Shown here: piece by piece, positions 10,284 through 20,709 of the stretch
Position numbering within the stretch: position 1 is the stretch's first letter
Layout: each line of letters opens with the position of its first letter
DNA from: an uncultured Solirubrobacterales bacterium
GTDB lineage: Bacteria; Actinomycetota; Thermoleophilia; Solirubrobacterales; 70-9
NCBI GenBank assembly: GCA_963698625.1
Contig: CAVORK010000003.1
Coordinates: 411,317 to 475,316 of the forward strand
Length of the DNA: 64,000 nucleotides
Direction of reading: 5' to 3'
The notes under the pieces: model-generated
Told to the model about the DNA's origin: nothing
Databases searched by the model: none
What the model saw: the letters and a program-made list of their open reading frames with translations, nothing else
Translations under genes and position numbers: made by a program

Positions 10284-11192
10284 ATGGATACCCCCGCCTC
10301 CGAACAGACCGCTCCCGAACGCTCGCCGCTGCGGGCGGCAATCAAGACCGCGCGGCCGCACGAGTGGGTCAAGAACGTCCTGGTCTTCGCCGGGCTGCTC
10401 TTTTCCGGCCAGGTGGATGATCCCTGGGCCGTGGGTCAGGCACTGCTCACTTTTGTCGCCTTCTGTGCGATTTCCAGCGCCGGCTACTTCATAAACGACC
10501 TCAACGACGTCGAACTCGACCGGGCCCACCCGAAGAAGAGGTTCCGGCCGATTGCCGCCGGCCAGCTCTCGATCGGCTCTGCCTGGGTGATTTCTGCGTT
10601 TCTTGCACTTGGTGCCCTGGCCCTTGCTTTCGCTGCGGTCAACTGGAAGGTCGGTCTGATGGTCGCGGCCTACGGCGTGATCCAGGTCGCCTACAGCTTC
10701 GGACTCAAGCAGGTCGTGATCATCGACGTAATGACCCTGGCGACGCTGTTCGTACTGAGGGTCATGGCTGGCGCGGAAGCGGTCGAGACCGCCGCGTCGG
10801 AGTGGCTGATCCTCTGTACGGGAATGCTCGCGCTGTTCCTGGGCTTCACGAAACGGCGTCAGGAAGCCGTTTCCGAGCTCCACGAAGGAACCAGCAGTAG
10901 GCCGGTCCTCGAGCACTACTCCCTCCCTTTTCTCGACCAGATGGTGGCAATGGTCACCACCGGCACCGTGATCAGCTACGCGATCTACACGGTCTACTCA
11001 CCCCTGGTCGGTAGCCGCATGATGCTGACCCTGCCACCCGTCGTATACGGGATATTCCGCTACCTGTATTTGATCTACGACCGCTCCGACGACCGCTCGA
11101 CTGCAGCAATCGTGGCCGAAGACCGCGGAGTGATCATCGCCGGAGCCGTCTTCGCCGCCACCGCATTCCTCATCTTGTACGTATTCAACTGA
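10284..11192 (+). CDS. UbiA-family prenyltransferase, decaprenyl-phosphate phosphoribosyltransferase-like (Rv3806c type)
   Basis: 302-aa polytopic membrane ORF. ..ARPHEWVKNVLVFAGLLFSG.. and ..YFINDLNDVELDRAHPKKRFRPIAAG.. match the N-terminal and first Asp-rich motifs of the DPPR synthase subfamily. Confidence 0.8.
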   Translation: MDTPASEQTAPERSPLRAAIKTARPHEWVKNVLVFAGLLFSGQVDDPWAVGQALLTFVAFCAISSAGYFINDLNDVELDRAHPKKRFRPIAAGQLSIGSAWVISAFLALGALALAFAAVNWKVGLMVAAYGVIQVAYSFGLKQVVIIDVMTLATLFVLRVMAGAEAVETAASEWLILCTGMLALFLGFTKRRQEAVSELHEGTSSRPVLEHYSLPFLDQMVAMVTTGTVISYAIYTVYSPLVGSRMMLTLPPVVYGIFRYLYLIYDRSDDRSTAAIVAEDRGVIIAGAVFAATAFLILYVFN

Positions 11193-11442
11193 GGCCGGAC
11201 GGCACCGTTTCCGGGCGGGCGACCGGTCGACCTCGATTTCGCAGCATGCCCGCCTGACGTCGAAAGTGCGCAAAATCCTGCGTCTTTTGAAAAAAAGCGC
11301 ACCCGGGATGGTCGTTTAGTACTACCCTTAGTAGTCAAATCTGTGAAGAAGGGGAACGGATGGGGGTCCTGAGAGATCCGGCAGCGCGCCGGAACGGACC
11401 TCGCAAAGCACCCCGACGGCTGTGAGTTCTCTCTGAGCAGAC

Positions 11443-11467
11443 GGACCGGACACACCGGTCTTTTCTT
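11443..11467 (+). terminator. rho-independent terminator-like hairpin with a T-tract, 250 nt downstream of ubiA and 92 nt upstream of giant gene A
   Basis: GACCGG (11444-11449), loop ACACA, CCGGTC (11455-11460), followed by TTTTCTT. Confidence 0.4.
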
Positions 11468-11558
11468 CGATTTACGGGTTGTTTAAGCAGCATGTTCGAA
11501 GCGAACGCGGAAGAGTTTTCGCGAAATTGAGAGCCGCAGACCAGCAAATGGAGACACG

Positions 11559-14500
11559 TTGAACAGAGCAGGACGAGCCGTAATCCGCTTCACAGCGCTT
11601 CTTTCCATCCTTGTTGCAGGGCTTTTCGCCGCCGCTACCGGGCCTGCGAACGCCGCCGAGCCGCCCGTGGCCTACGGGTCGGGATCGCTCGTGATCCCGA
11701 TGGATACGGATACGACGCTCAACCACACGGCCTACAACCAGAACAACGGCATGTGGAAGGCATACGGACTGCTCTACCGCCTGCTGGACAACGGCGTGCC
11801 GGTCTCCTGGGCCATAAACACGTCCAAGACCACGACCTCGACCACCGACTTCACGGTCTCCAGCGTCAAAGACCTGCAGGACGAATACCGCTCTCGGCGG
11901 CTGGGCCTACAAGGGCGGCGCCTTCGTGATCGACTCGGCCTACGCGACCCAGGCCAAATCACTGATCACCGCCTGGTGGGCCCAGAACTTGAACCTGCCT
12001 AACGTCCACGAGGCAAACACCGGCTTCACGGCTGAAGCGCCGGTGGTTCTTCGCTCACCGCCGAGGATCGCCAACGAAGAGACCAACTCCGGCATCTCGA
12101 TCGCGTACTACAACGCCGCGGGAATCCCGGATCTCCACTGGCGGTCCGTGGACCAGCAACTCGCCGAACATCCTCGACCAAGACGAAATCGCCGACGGCG
12201 GCCTGTTCACGCAGGGTGCCTGCCTCCAGAAGAGGTTCGACACCTTCGTAACGCCGCACAACGGCGGCTATTCCTACTCGCTGACCGACCCTTCGAACCT
12301 CGGCACGAGGACCTACTCACAGCTCGATACCTTCGTGAACCAGGGCGGCGGCTGGACGGCCCTCTGCCACTCGATCGAGAGCAACGAGAACGCAATGGCC
12401 GACCTGACCCGCAACGGCAGCGCTGCAGTCAAGGCACTCTTCAAGACCTCCGAGCCCGGCGGCAAGCCCGGCGGTCTGCTCACCGAGAACGGCTTCCCGG
12501 ACATCAATAACAACGGCGGCAACTGGGCCGTTCATGCTGCCGCGGCCAAGCTTCCGACGGCACAGCTCGTTCCGACCACCGGGGCCACCCAGAGTCTGCC
12601 GGGCGGTTCGGTCCAGACCTGGCCGGCACCCGGTCATCCCGGCGCCCCGACATACTGGTCCGAGACCGAACGCGTGGCTTCGTTTACCGATGGAGCCGAA
12701 GTCAGCGACCACATCATCGCCGGCACCTACCACGATGGCACCGGCGCAGGCAAGATCACCTTCGCCGGCGGCCACAGCTATTCGACCTCCGTTCCGTATT
12801 CAGGCAACGACGAGAGCCCTTACCTGCGGGCCTTCTACAACTCGCTGTTCTTCAACGGCACCGCCAAACCGCAGCTCGAGTTCTCGGCGCCGACGACGTA
12901 CCCGCAGAACGGTACCTCGACCATCCAGGCCGAGCTGAAGAACATCGGTGGCAGCACGGCTGTCAACGTGAACAACACGACTGTCGTCCTCGAGCCGGGA
13001 TTCAGCTACGTCAGCACCACCAGCGGCCCCACTCCGAGCGTCAGCGGTCAGACCCTGACTTGGCCGAACCTCGGGAACCTGCCCGGCGGCCAGACCGCCG
13101 TGACACTTGAACTCGCGGTCGCACCCTCCGTTTCTTCGACCATCGGCCAGAAGAAGATCGCCACGGTGAAAGCCGAGTACGGAGACGTATTCGGCGAGGG
13201 CTTCACCGGAGTCTTCTGCCGCGAGCTGACGATCACGCCGATCCCGGCCCCGAACGTCACCAAGACGCCCGGCAAGCCAGGGCCCCGTCGGTGCCGGAGC
13301 GCCGGTCACATGGACGATCAGCTACGGAAACACCGGTGCGGCTGCCCTGAGCGCCGCTCAGGTCGAAGATACGCTGCCCCCCGGCTTCACTTACATATCG
13401 AGCTCCTCTTCGCCTTCACTCGGCGCTCCGACTGTGATTCCGGGCCCGCAGGTCAAGGTTCGCTGGAATGCCGGCACGATTGCCGCGAACGCCCCGAATG
13501 CCGGCACCGTGACGATCACAGCCAGGGCGGGAGCAGTCACCAATGGCAGCGGGGATCCGCTCCAGCAGACCTTCACCAACACAGCCAAGCTGAGCGGTAC
13601 CGGCCCCGGCGGCCTGCCGTTCTCGGCTCAGGGCACGGCCACCGTGGTCGTCGAGCAAGGTGCCCTTTCACTGGGCAAGACCGCCGACAAGACCTCCGTC
13701 CAGACCCCGGGAACGTCACTTATACGCTGAAACCCGGCTTCAACTCCGGCGTTCAGCTCCAGAACGTCCGGGTCTTCGATCCCGCTGCCCACCGGCGTGA
13801 CTTCACCGCCGACCTCGATCGGCCAGGGCGGTACCTTCGGTCCTTACGTGCCGCTCGCCGCCGTGCCCGGCACCGATTCAGGCCCGCCGGTGCTCGATAC
13901 GGCGATGTCGGTGAGCAGCAACTTCCGCAATCAGGGCCAGTCGGTCACGGTCACGCTGAACGTCAAGAGCAGCACCGCCGTGACGACAGTATCTCCCGAT
14001 CTCAGCTCGACAGGCGGGAATGACGGCTGCGGCGCACCGGTACCCGCGACGGCCAACGTCCCGGCCGGCGGATCCGGCGTCAACTTCGTCTGGACCTGTA
14101 CCCCGGCGGACAGCGGCGAGTACGTCTTCTTCGGATCGGCCAGCAACGGCGTCGATACGGACTGGCCGCAGGCTCGCTCCTCCAGCGTGCTCGTGGCACC
14201 CGACGGTGGACCAAACGTGCGTCACCTGGAACCTCGGTTCGACCACCCAGGCCATTCCCGGCGAGACCATCATCACCGGCTACAAGGCCGGCGTTTTCGC
14301 TCTCCACGGGGACAAAGAGGTGACCTTCCGCAAGTACGAGCCCACCCCGGCCGCCTGGATCAACCGGGCCGACGCCCTGGCCGACGTCGGCAAGGGAGGC
14401 GCCCTGCCAGCGACGGAGCCGGCAAGGTCTACGCCCTGCGCGGCGACAAGACCCAGGCCTTCTGGGTCTACGACGTGACCACGAACGCCTGGACTTCGAG

Positions 14501-17500
14501 GGCCAACGTGGGCGAGCAACGTCGACGAAGGCGGTGCTCTCGTCTATCTGAACGGCTTCGTCTACGCCCTGACCGGCAAGGGAGACGGCTTCCGGCGCTA
14601 CGACCCGGGAGCCAACTCCTGGACTGCCCGGGCGGCGACCCCCGACGAACATCAAGTGGGGCGGCGCTCTGACCACCGACGGCACTTACATTTATGCCCT
14701 TCGCGGCGACGGCAAGCCCGATTTTTACCGCTACAACACGGTTTCCAATACCTGGACCTCGATGGCGAGCGCGCCGGCCAACGTCAAGGCCGGCGGCTCG
14801 CTGACCCGGATCGGCAACTACATCTACGCGGTGCAGGGCGACGGCAAGACCGGCTTCTACAGGTACGACATCTCCGCCAACACCTGGTCCACGATGGCGG
14901 TGACGCCCGGCAAAGGTCAAGGCACGGCGGAGCCCTGACGACCGACGGCACGGTGATTTACGCGCTCCAGGGCAACGGCAACGACCGGCTACTGGAAGTA
15001 CACCCCGGCCACGAACACGTGGTCGACGCTGGCGCCGACTTCGACCGACGTCAAGGACGGCGGCGCGCTCGCCTACGTGCCGGCCTCGAACCTGACCGGG
15101 CGTTTCTCCGACCTCACGCTGAACAAGTCCCTGACGTCCTCGGGCGACTCGCTGAAGATCACGATGGAATTCGCCGCGGACCCGCCGGTCAACAACATTT
15201 CACCGGGTACGCTGACGACGACAGCCACCGGCGGCGCGTCCTGTTCGAGCCTGACCGGCCCGGTCCTGGTCTCCGCCGATGACGACTCCGCCGGCACCAA
15301 CGACCCCGTGCGCTACGAGTGGACCTGCGTGGTCGCCGCCGGTACGAACCCGGGAAGTCTCAAGTTCAGCGCCAACGGCACCGGCGCCGGTCCGGCCACG
15401 TTCCCGACCGCGACCTCGAACAGCTCGATCGTCTCGCCGCTGTTGACCTTCACCGTCGGGATTCCCAATGGAGCACCGGATCCGGTGGTCAACGCCGGCG
15501 TAACCGCCTCGAAGAACTACTCGGCCGTCTCGCCGACCGTCGAAGTCGCCACCGGCAGCCCGAACCTCTCGATCGTCAAGTCGAACCACCCGACCGTCGC
15601 CACGGTGCTGAGGCCCGGCGACCAGATCGACTACACGATGGTCGTCGAGAACTCCGGAACCGCTCCGGCCACGAACGTCACTGTCTCCGACCTGGTTCCC
15701 GCGCAGGTCAGCTACGTCAGCTGCACCGGGGGCGTTTCCTGCAGCGAGTCGGCAGGCACGGTGACCTGGAACCTCGGAACGATCAACCCGGGTGACTCGC
15801 AGACGGTCACGTTCTCGGTCATCACCAAGCAGGACCTGGCCGTATCCGACACGGACTACACGGTTCGCAACAAGGCCAGCGTCGACTCGAACGAAACCGC
15901 GCCGAAGGACAGCAATGAAGTCACCAACCGGCTGCGGGTGCTGCCGACGGTGATCAAGGACGTTTCCGAGGTCGACGCGGTGGTCGGAGCAGACGCTCAC
16001 CTACACCGTCCAGGTGAACAACCCCGGTGCCGCCTTCGTCGCCAACGTCACTGACGCAATCCCGGCCGGAGCCAGCTTCAACGGAACCGGTACCTGTTCG
16101 CCGGCCTGCACTTTCGGCTCCGGGACTGTCACCTGGGCCTCGCAGAACATTCCGCCCGGAGGACCGACGACCTTCACCTTCGACGTCACCGTCACCGGAA
16201 CCCCGGGCAGTTCGATCCTCAACGAAGCCGTACTCGATCCCTCGACGCCGAACCTGGATCCGATCACCAGCAACGAGACCGAAACCGAGATCCTGGACCC
16301 GAACCTGGCCATCGACAAGTCCCACACCGGCAACTTCGCCCAGCGGCCAGATCGGCGCGACCTACACGATCGCTGGTCACCAACACCGGACCCGACGACA
16401 CGATCGGGCACGGTCACCGTCACCGACACCCTGCCCGCAGGCCTGACCGCCACCGCGATCGGCGGAGCCGGCTGGAACTGCGTGCTCGCCACTCTGACCT
16501 GCACCCGCAGCGACGTCCTGGCCAGCGGCGCCAGCTACCCGCCGATCACGCTGACGGTCAACGTCGCCAACAACGCACCGGCTCTCGGTCATCAACTCGG
16601 CGACCGCCTCCGGCGGCGGCGACCCGACCCCGGTCACCGACAACGACCCGACGATCATCGATCCGGCCAACCTGGCGATCAACAAGTCCCATACCGGCGA
16701 CTTCAGCCAGGGCCAGATCGGCGCGACCTACACGATCGCGGTGAGCAACAACGGTCCGAGCGCCACCACCGGCACCGTCACCGTCACCGACACCCTGCCC
16801 GCAGGCCTGACCGCCACCGCGATCAGCGGAGGCGGCTGGAGCTGCACGCTCGTCACCCTGACCTGCACCAGGAGCGACACCCTCGCTTCCGGATCCAGCT
16901 ACCCGGACATCACCCTGACGGTCAACGTCGCCAACAACGCCGGCAGCCCGCTGGTCAACTCGGCGACCGCTTCCGGCGGCGGCGATCCGACCCCGGTCAC
17001 CGATACCGACCCGACGGTCATCCGCTCGGTCAACCTGGCCATAGACAAGTCCCACAACGGCAACTTCGCCCGCGGCCAAAACGGAGCGACCTACAACATC
17101 GTGGTCACCAACAACGGACCTGACGCCACATCCGGCACGGTCTCGGTCACCGACTCCCTGCCGGCAGGCCTGACCGCAACCGCGATCAGCGGAGGCGGCT
17201 GGAGCTGCGTGCTCGCCACTCTGACCTGCACCAGAAGCGACGTCCTGGCCAGCGGCTCGAGCTACCCGCCGATCACCCTGACGGTCAACGTCGCCAACAA
17301 CGCACCGCTCTCGGTCATCAACTCGGCCACCGCCTCCGGCGGCGGCGATCCGACCCCGATCACCGACAACGACCCGACGGACATCGATCCGGCCAGCCTG
17401 GCGATCAACAAGTCCCATACGGGCAACTTCGCCCGCGGCCAGATCGGCGCGACCTACACGATCGCGGTCTCCAACCAGGGCCCCGGCGCCACCACCGGAC

Positions 17501-20398
17501 CGTCACCGTCACCGACACCCTGCCCGCAGGCCTGACCGCCACCGCGATCGGCGGAACCGGCTGGAGCTGCGTGCTCGGCTCCCTGACCTGCACCAGGAGC
17601 GACACCCTCGCTTCCGGATCCAGCTACCCGGACATCACCCTGACGGTCAACGTCGCCAACAACGCGCCGCGCATCGGTCATCAACTCGGCGACCGCCTCC
17701 GGCGGCGGCGACCCGACCCCGGTCACCGACGACGACCCGACGGTCATCCGCTCGGTCAACCTGGCCATCGACAAGTCCCACACCGGCAACTTCGCCCGCG
17801 GCCAAAACGGAGCGACCTACAACATCGTGGTCACCAACAACGGACCTGACGCCACATCCGGCACGGTCTCGGTCACCGACACCCTGCCGGCAGGCCTGAC
17901 CGCGACCGCGATCAGCGGCGGCGGCTGGAACTGCCTGCTCGGCACTTTGACCTGCACCAGAAGCGACGTCCTGGCCAGCGGCTCGAGCTACCCGCCGATC
18001 ACGCTGACGGTCAACGTCGCCAACAACGCGCCGGCATCGGTTATCAACTCGGCGACCGTGTGCGGCGGCGGCGATCCGACCCCGGTCACCGACAACGACC
18101 CGACAGACATCGATCCGGCCAACCTGGCGATCAACAAGTCCCATACGGGCAACTTCGCCCGCGGCCAGATCGGTGCGCACCTACACGATCGCGGTCAGCA
18201 ATACCGGTCCGGAGCCACAACCGGACCGGTCACAGTCACCGACACCCTGCCCGCAGGCCTGACCGCAACCGCGATCAGCGGACGGCTGGACCTGCGTCGC
18301 TCGGCACGCTGACCTGCACCCGTAGCGACACCCTGGCCGCCGACTCCAGCTACCCGCCGATCACGCTGACGGTCAACGTGGCCAACAACGCCGGCACTCG
18401 GCTGGTCAACTCGGCGACCGCCTCCGGCGGCGGCGATCCGACCCCGGTCACCGACGACGACCCGACCGTCGTCCGCTCGGTCAACCTGGCCATCGACAAG
18501 TCCCATACCGGCAACTTCACCCAGGGCCAGAGCGGCGCCACCTACACGATCTCGGTGACCAACAACGGTCCCGACGCCACCAGCGGCACCGTGACCGTCA
18601 CCGACACCCTGCCGGCAGGCCTGACCGCAACCGCGATCAGCGGCGGCGGCTGGAGCTGCGTGCTCGGCAACGCTGACCTGCACCCGCAGCGACTCGCTCG
18701 CCTCAGGCGCCAGCTACCCGCCGATCACGCTGACGGTCAACGTCGCCAACGACGCACCGGCATCGGTCATCAACCGCGCCACCGTCTCCGGCGGCGGCGA
18801 TCCGACCCCGGTCACCGACGACGACCCGACCACGATCGAAGAATCGGTGGCCGACGTTGCAGATCACCAAGACCGCAAGCCCCAGCGTCGTTTCTTACGG
18901 AGATACCGTCACCTACACACTGACCGCCAGGAATAACGGTCCCGGAGTGGCGAGAAACGTCGTCGTCAGCGACCCGATCCCGGCAGGTCTGACCTTTGTA
19001 TCGGCTGACGCACCGTGTGGCTTCGCCGCCGGAACCGTCAGCTGCGACCTCGGAGCCCTCAACCCGGGTCAGGAAGTAGTCCTCGAGGTCAAGGTCAAGG
19101 TCGACCCGCCGACGCCGACCGACCCGAACCTGGAACACCTGCTGGACGTCCAGAAGGTGGAGGCCCAGATCGATCTCGAAGCCGGCCAGGAGCGCACAGT
19201 CTCGGTCACCTGCCCGAGCGGATACTTCGTCTCTGACGGCTCGGTCCGGATCGACCAGATCGACCACGGCACCGGAGACTGGACCGCAGCCCAGGTTCTG
19301 TCTTCCGAAGCGAGCTCCCAGGACACCTGGCGAGGCGTCGTCAGGAACACCGCGACCGGTCGCGCCCAGGCGAAGATCTTCGCGGTCTGCATCAAGCGCA
19401 CAACCAACCAGATCGACGGCCATACGCATGATCTGACCATTTCCGGCCCGGTAGTAGTCGCCGAGACGGTCACCGCCGGTCCGCGCGAGGCGATCCTGCC
19501 CTGCCCCGCAGGCACGGTCGCAATCCAGCCCGGGTTCTCCTCCACGGCTCCCGCCGACCTGGTCTACTCGCAGCCCGAGGGCGACGGCTGGAAGTTCGTT
19601 CTCGACGTCTCGGCACCGGCTGACGTGACCTTCTCGATCCGCTGCATGTCGAGGCAGACCACCTCAAGCAACAGCCACGACCACAACCTCGACCTCAAGA
19701 GGATCTGGACCGAAGTCACGGTCCAGGGCGGCACTGTCAACGAGGCGCAGCTCACCTGCCCCGACGGCAGCAAGGGCATCGTCGCCGGCTGGGATCTCGA
19801 TCCCGGGCTGGTCAGCCTCGGAAACGACCCGCGTCCGGTTACCAGGGCCTTCAAGCTCTACAACCCGACCATGGGACCGCTTACCGCCAGGCTCAGCCTG
19901 CTTTGTCTCGGCAACATGACCAGCGGCCACAACGTCGGTCCGACCCAGATCGTCAACACGGCATACGTGTCGACTACGTCCAACGACGACAACAACGCCA
20001 ACAACCAGTCCTCCGCGACCATCACGGTCAACGCTTCGGGTACCAATAACCCCATTCCAGAGCCGGATCCGGACAAGCCGGTGGTCAACAACCCGATCGG
20101 GATGAGCCTCGGCGGCGACGTCATCTTCCGTCGCAACCGACTCACGGCAACAGTGACATGCGCGGGTGCCTGCTCGGGCAAGGCGAAGCTGTTCTCCGCC
20201 AGGACGGTCAAGGTCGGCAAGAAGAAGGTCCGCAAGGGCACCCTGCTTGCCAAAGGCACCTTCCGCTTCAACTCGGCCGGCAAGCGCCAGCTGAAGCTCA
20301 AGGTCAACCGGATCGGCCGCAAGGTCCTGAAGAAGAACGGCAAGGCCGTCCTGAAGCTCTCGTCGGGCGAGAAGAAGCTGGTCCGGGTCAGGCGCTGA
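11559..20398 (+). pseudogene. giant secreted surface protein A (~2940 aa if the frames are joined). Order: signal peptide, head type 1, Kelch-like propeller, DUF11 domains, 7 x 121-aa repeats, shared C-terminal module. The reading frame is broken at least ~20 times in this sequence.
   Basis: TTG start at 11559 with GGAGA 5 nt upstream. Signal peptide MNRAGRAVIRFTALLSILVAGLFAAATGPANA. ORF-track pieces 11559..12002, 11926..12510, 12335..14023, 13797..14672, 14656..15282, 15077..16054, 16014..17123, 16741..17535, 17827..18312, 18060..18923 and 18857..20398 are collinear with gene B and gene C protein sequence. Each break is a 1-2 nt indel, and I saw no in-frame nonsense codon. The breaks may be assembly errors rather than true decay. 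Confidence 0.6.
16302..18845 (+). repeat. tandem array of 7 x 363-bp coding repeats (121-aa CX6C unit) inside gene A
   Basis: Unit starts (the AAC/AGC CTG GCx ATx codons of N-L-A-I-[ND]-K-S-H) are at 16302, 16669, 17032, 17395, 17758, 18121 and 18483. Spacing is 363 bp, except 367 for the first unit (four 1-nt insertions) and 362 for the sixth (net -1). Confidence 0.9.
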
Positions 20399-20421
20399 TC
20401 GAGGCCGACCCCGGCCGGTTC

Positions 20422-20450
20422 CTGAAATTTGTCCCGCAATGGGTTATAAT
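20422..20450 (+). promoter_or_regulatory. candidate sigma-70-type promoter for giant gene B
   Basis: Perfect TATAAT at 20445-20450 in an AT-rich intergenic patch, with CTGAAA (20422-20427) 17 bp upstream as a weak -35. It implies a ~250-nt 5' leader. Confidence 0.35.
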
Positions 20451-20452
20451 TA

Positions 20453-20461
20453 CCGATTCAG
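20453..20461 (+). promoter_or_regulatory. conserved CCGATTCAG motif, copy upstream of gene B
   Basis: Exact 9-mer located 2 nt after the TATAAT box. A second CGATTCA occurs 18 nt downstream (20472-20478). The same 9-mer is present upstream of genes C and D. Confidence 0.45.
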
Positions 20462-20709
20462 CAGGAAATAACGATTCACTAAAGGTGGAGATGGGCAGCG
20501 ATTCGGCTCGGGTTGGCGGTGACGCCACAGACGAATCGCCATAGTGGCCCTGAGAACGGGTCGAGCCCAAGACCGTGTCTCCGAGTCTGTTGCCGGCTTT
20601 CCATGTTCATTTCATCGGCAACCGAACACTGGCAAGGATTTACTGAAACAAGCGAGAAAGCAATGAGTCAGGCACAGACTGCCATCGACTCGTGGGGGAT
20701 ACTGAAATT

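Noticed and set aside
6133-10916. Minus-strand ORFs 6133..7107, 7714..8328, 8159..9604 (481 aa), 9832..10341 and 10176..10916.
   Set aside because: They are antisense to the reductase, agpS and ubiA genes, whose products carry family motifs. The antisense translations are low-complexity and have no start context.
11360-11430. A possible c-di-GMP-I (GEMM-I) riboswitch upstream of gene A, suggested by GGACCTCGCAAAGCACCCCGACGG (compare ACGCAAAGC..CCGG), and CCGCAAAAACGCC in the gene C leader.
   Set aside because: Only the CGCAAAGC fragment matches. The GGCAAACC / GNRA-tetraloop half and the required pairing partners are not evident. The element also lies upstream of a terminator and the putative promoter element rather than between promoter and gene. 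An Infernal scan is needed before any claim.
20290-20398. C-terminal sorting signals (LPXTG/sortase, PEP-CTERM, GlyGly-CTERM, MYXO-CTERM, PGF-CTERM) at the ends of genes A-D. The frequent LPAGLTAT and LPTGLTAT strings were checked as possible LPXTG motifs.
   Set aside because: LP[AT]GL is not LPXTG, and it occurs inside every repeat rather than near the C-terminus. All four proteins end in hydrophilic, basic sequence with no hydrophobic helix. No sortase or exosortase gene is in the window.
18857-20398. ORF-track fragments as independent genes, for example 18857..20398 (513 aa, TTG start), 45205..47904 (899 aa), 37451..39724 and 51387..53660.
   Set aside because: Their N-terminal residues are out-of-frame read-through of the preceding repeat. 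The true protein sequence continues seamlessly from the upstream fragment across a 1-2 nt indel. None has its own ribosome-binding site or signal peptide.
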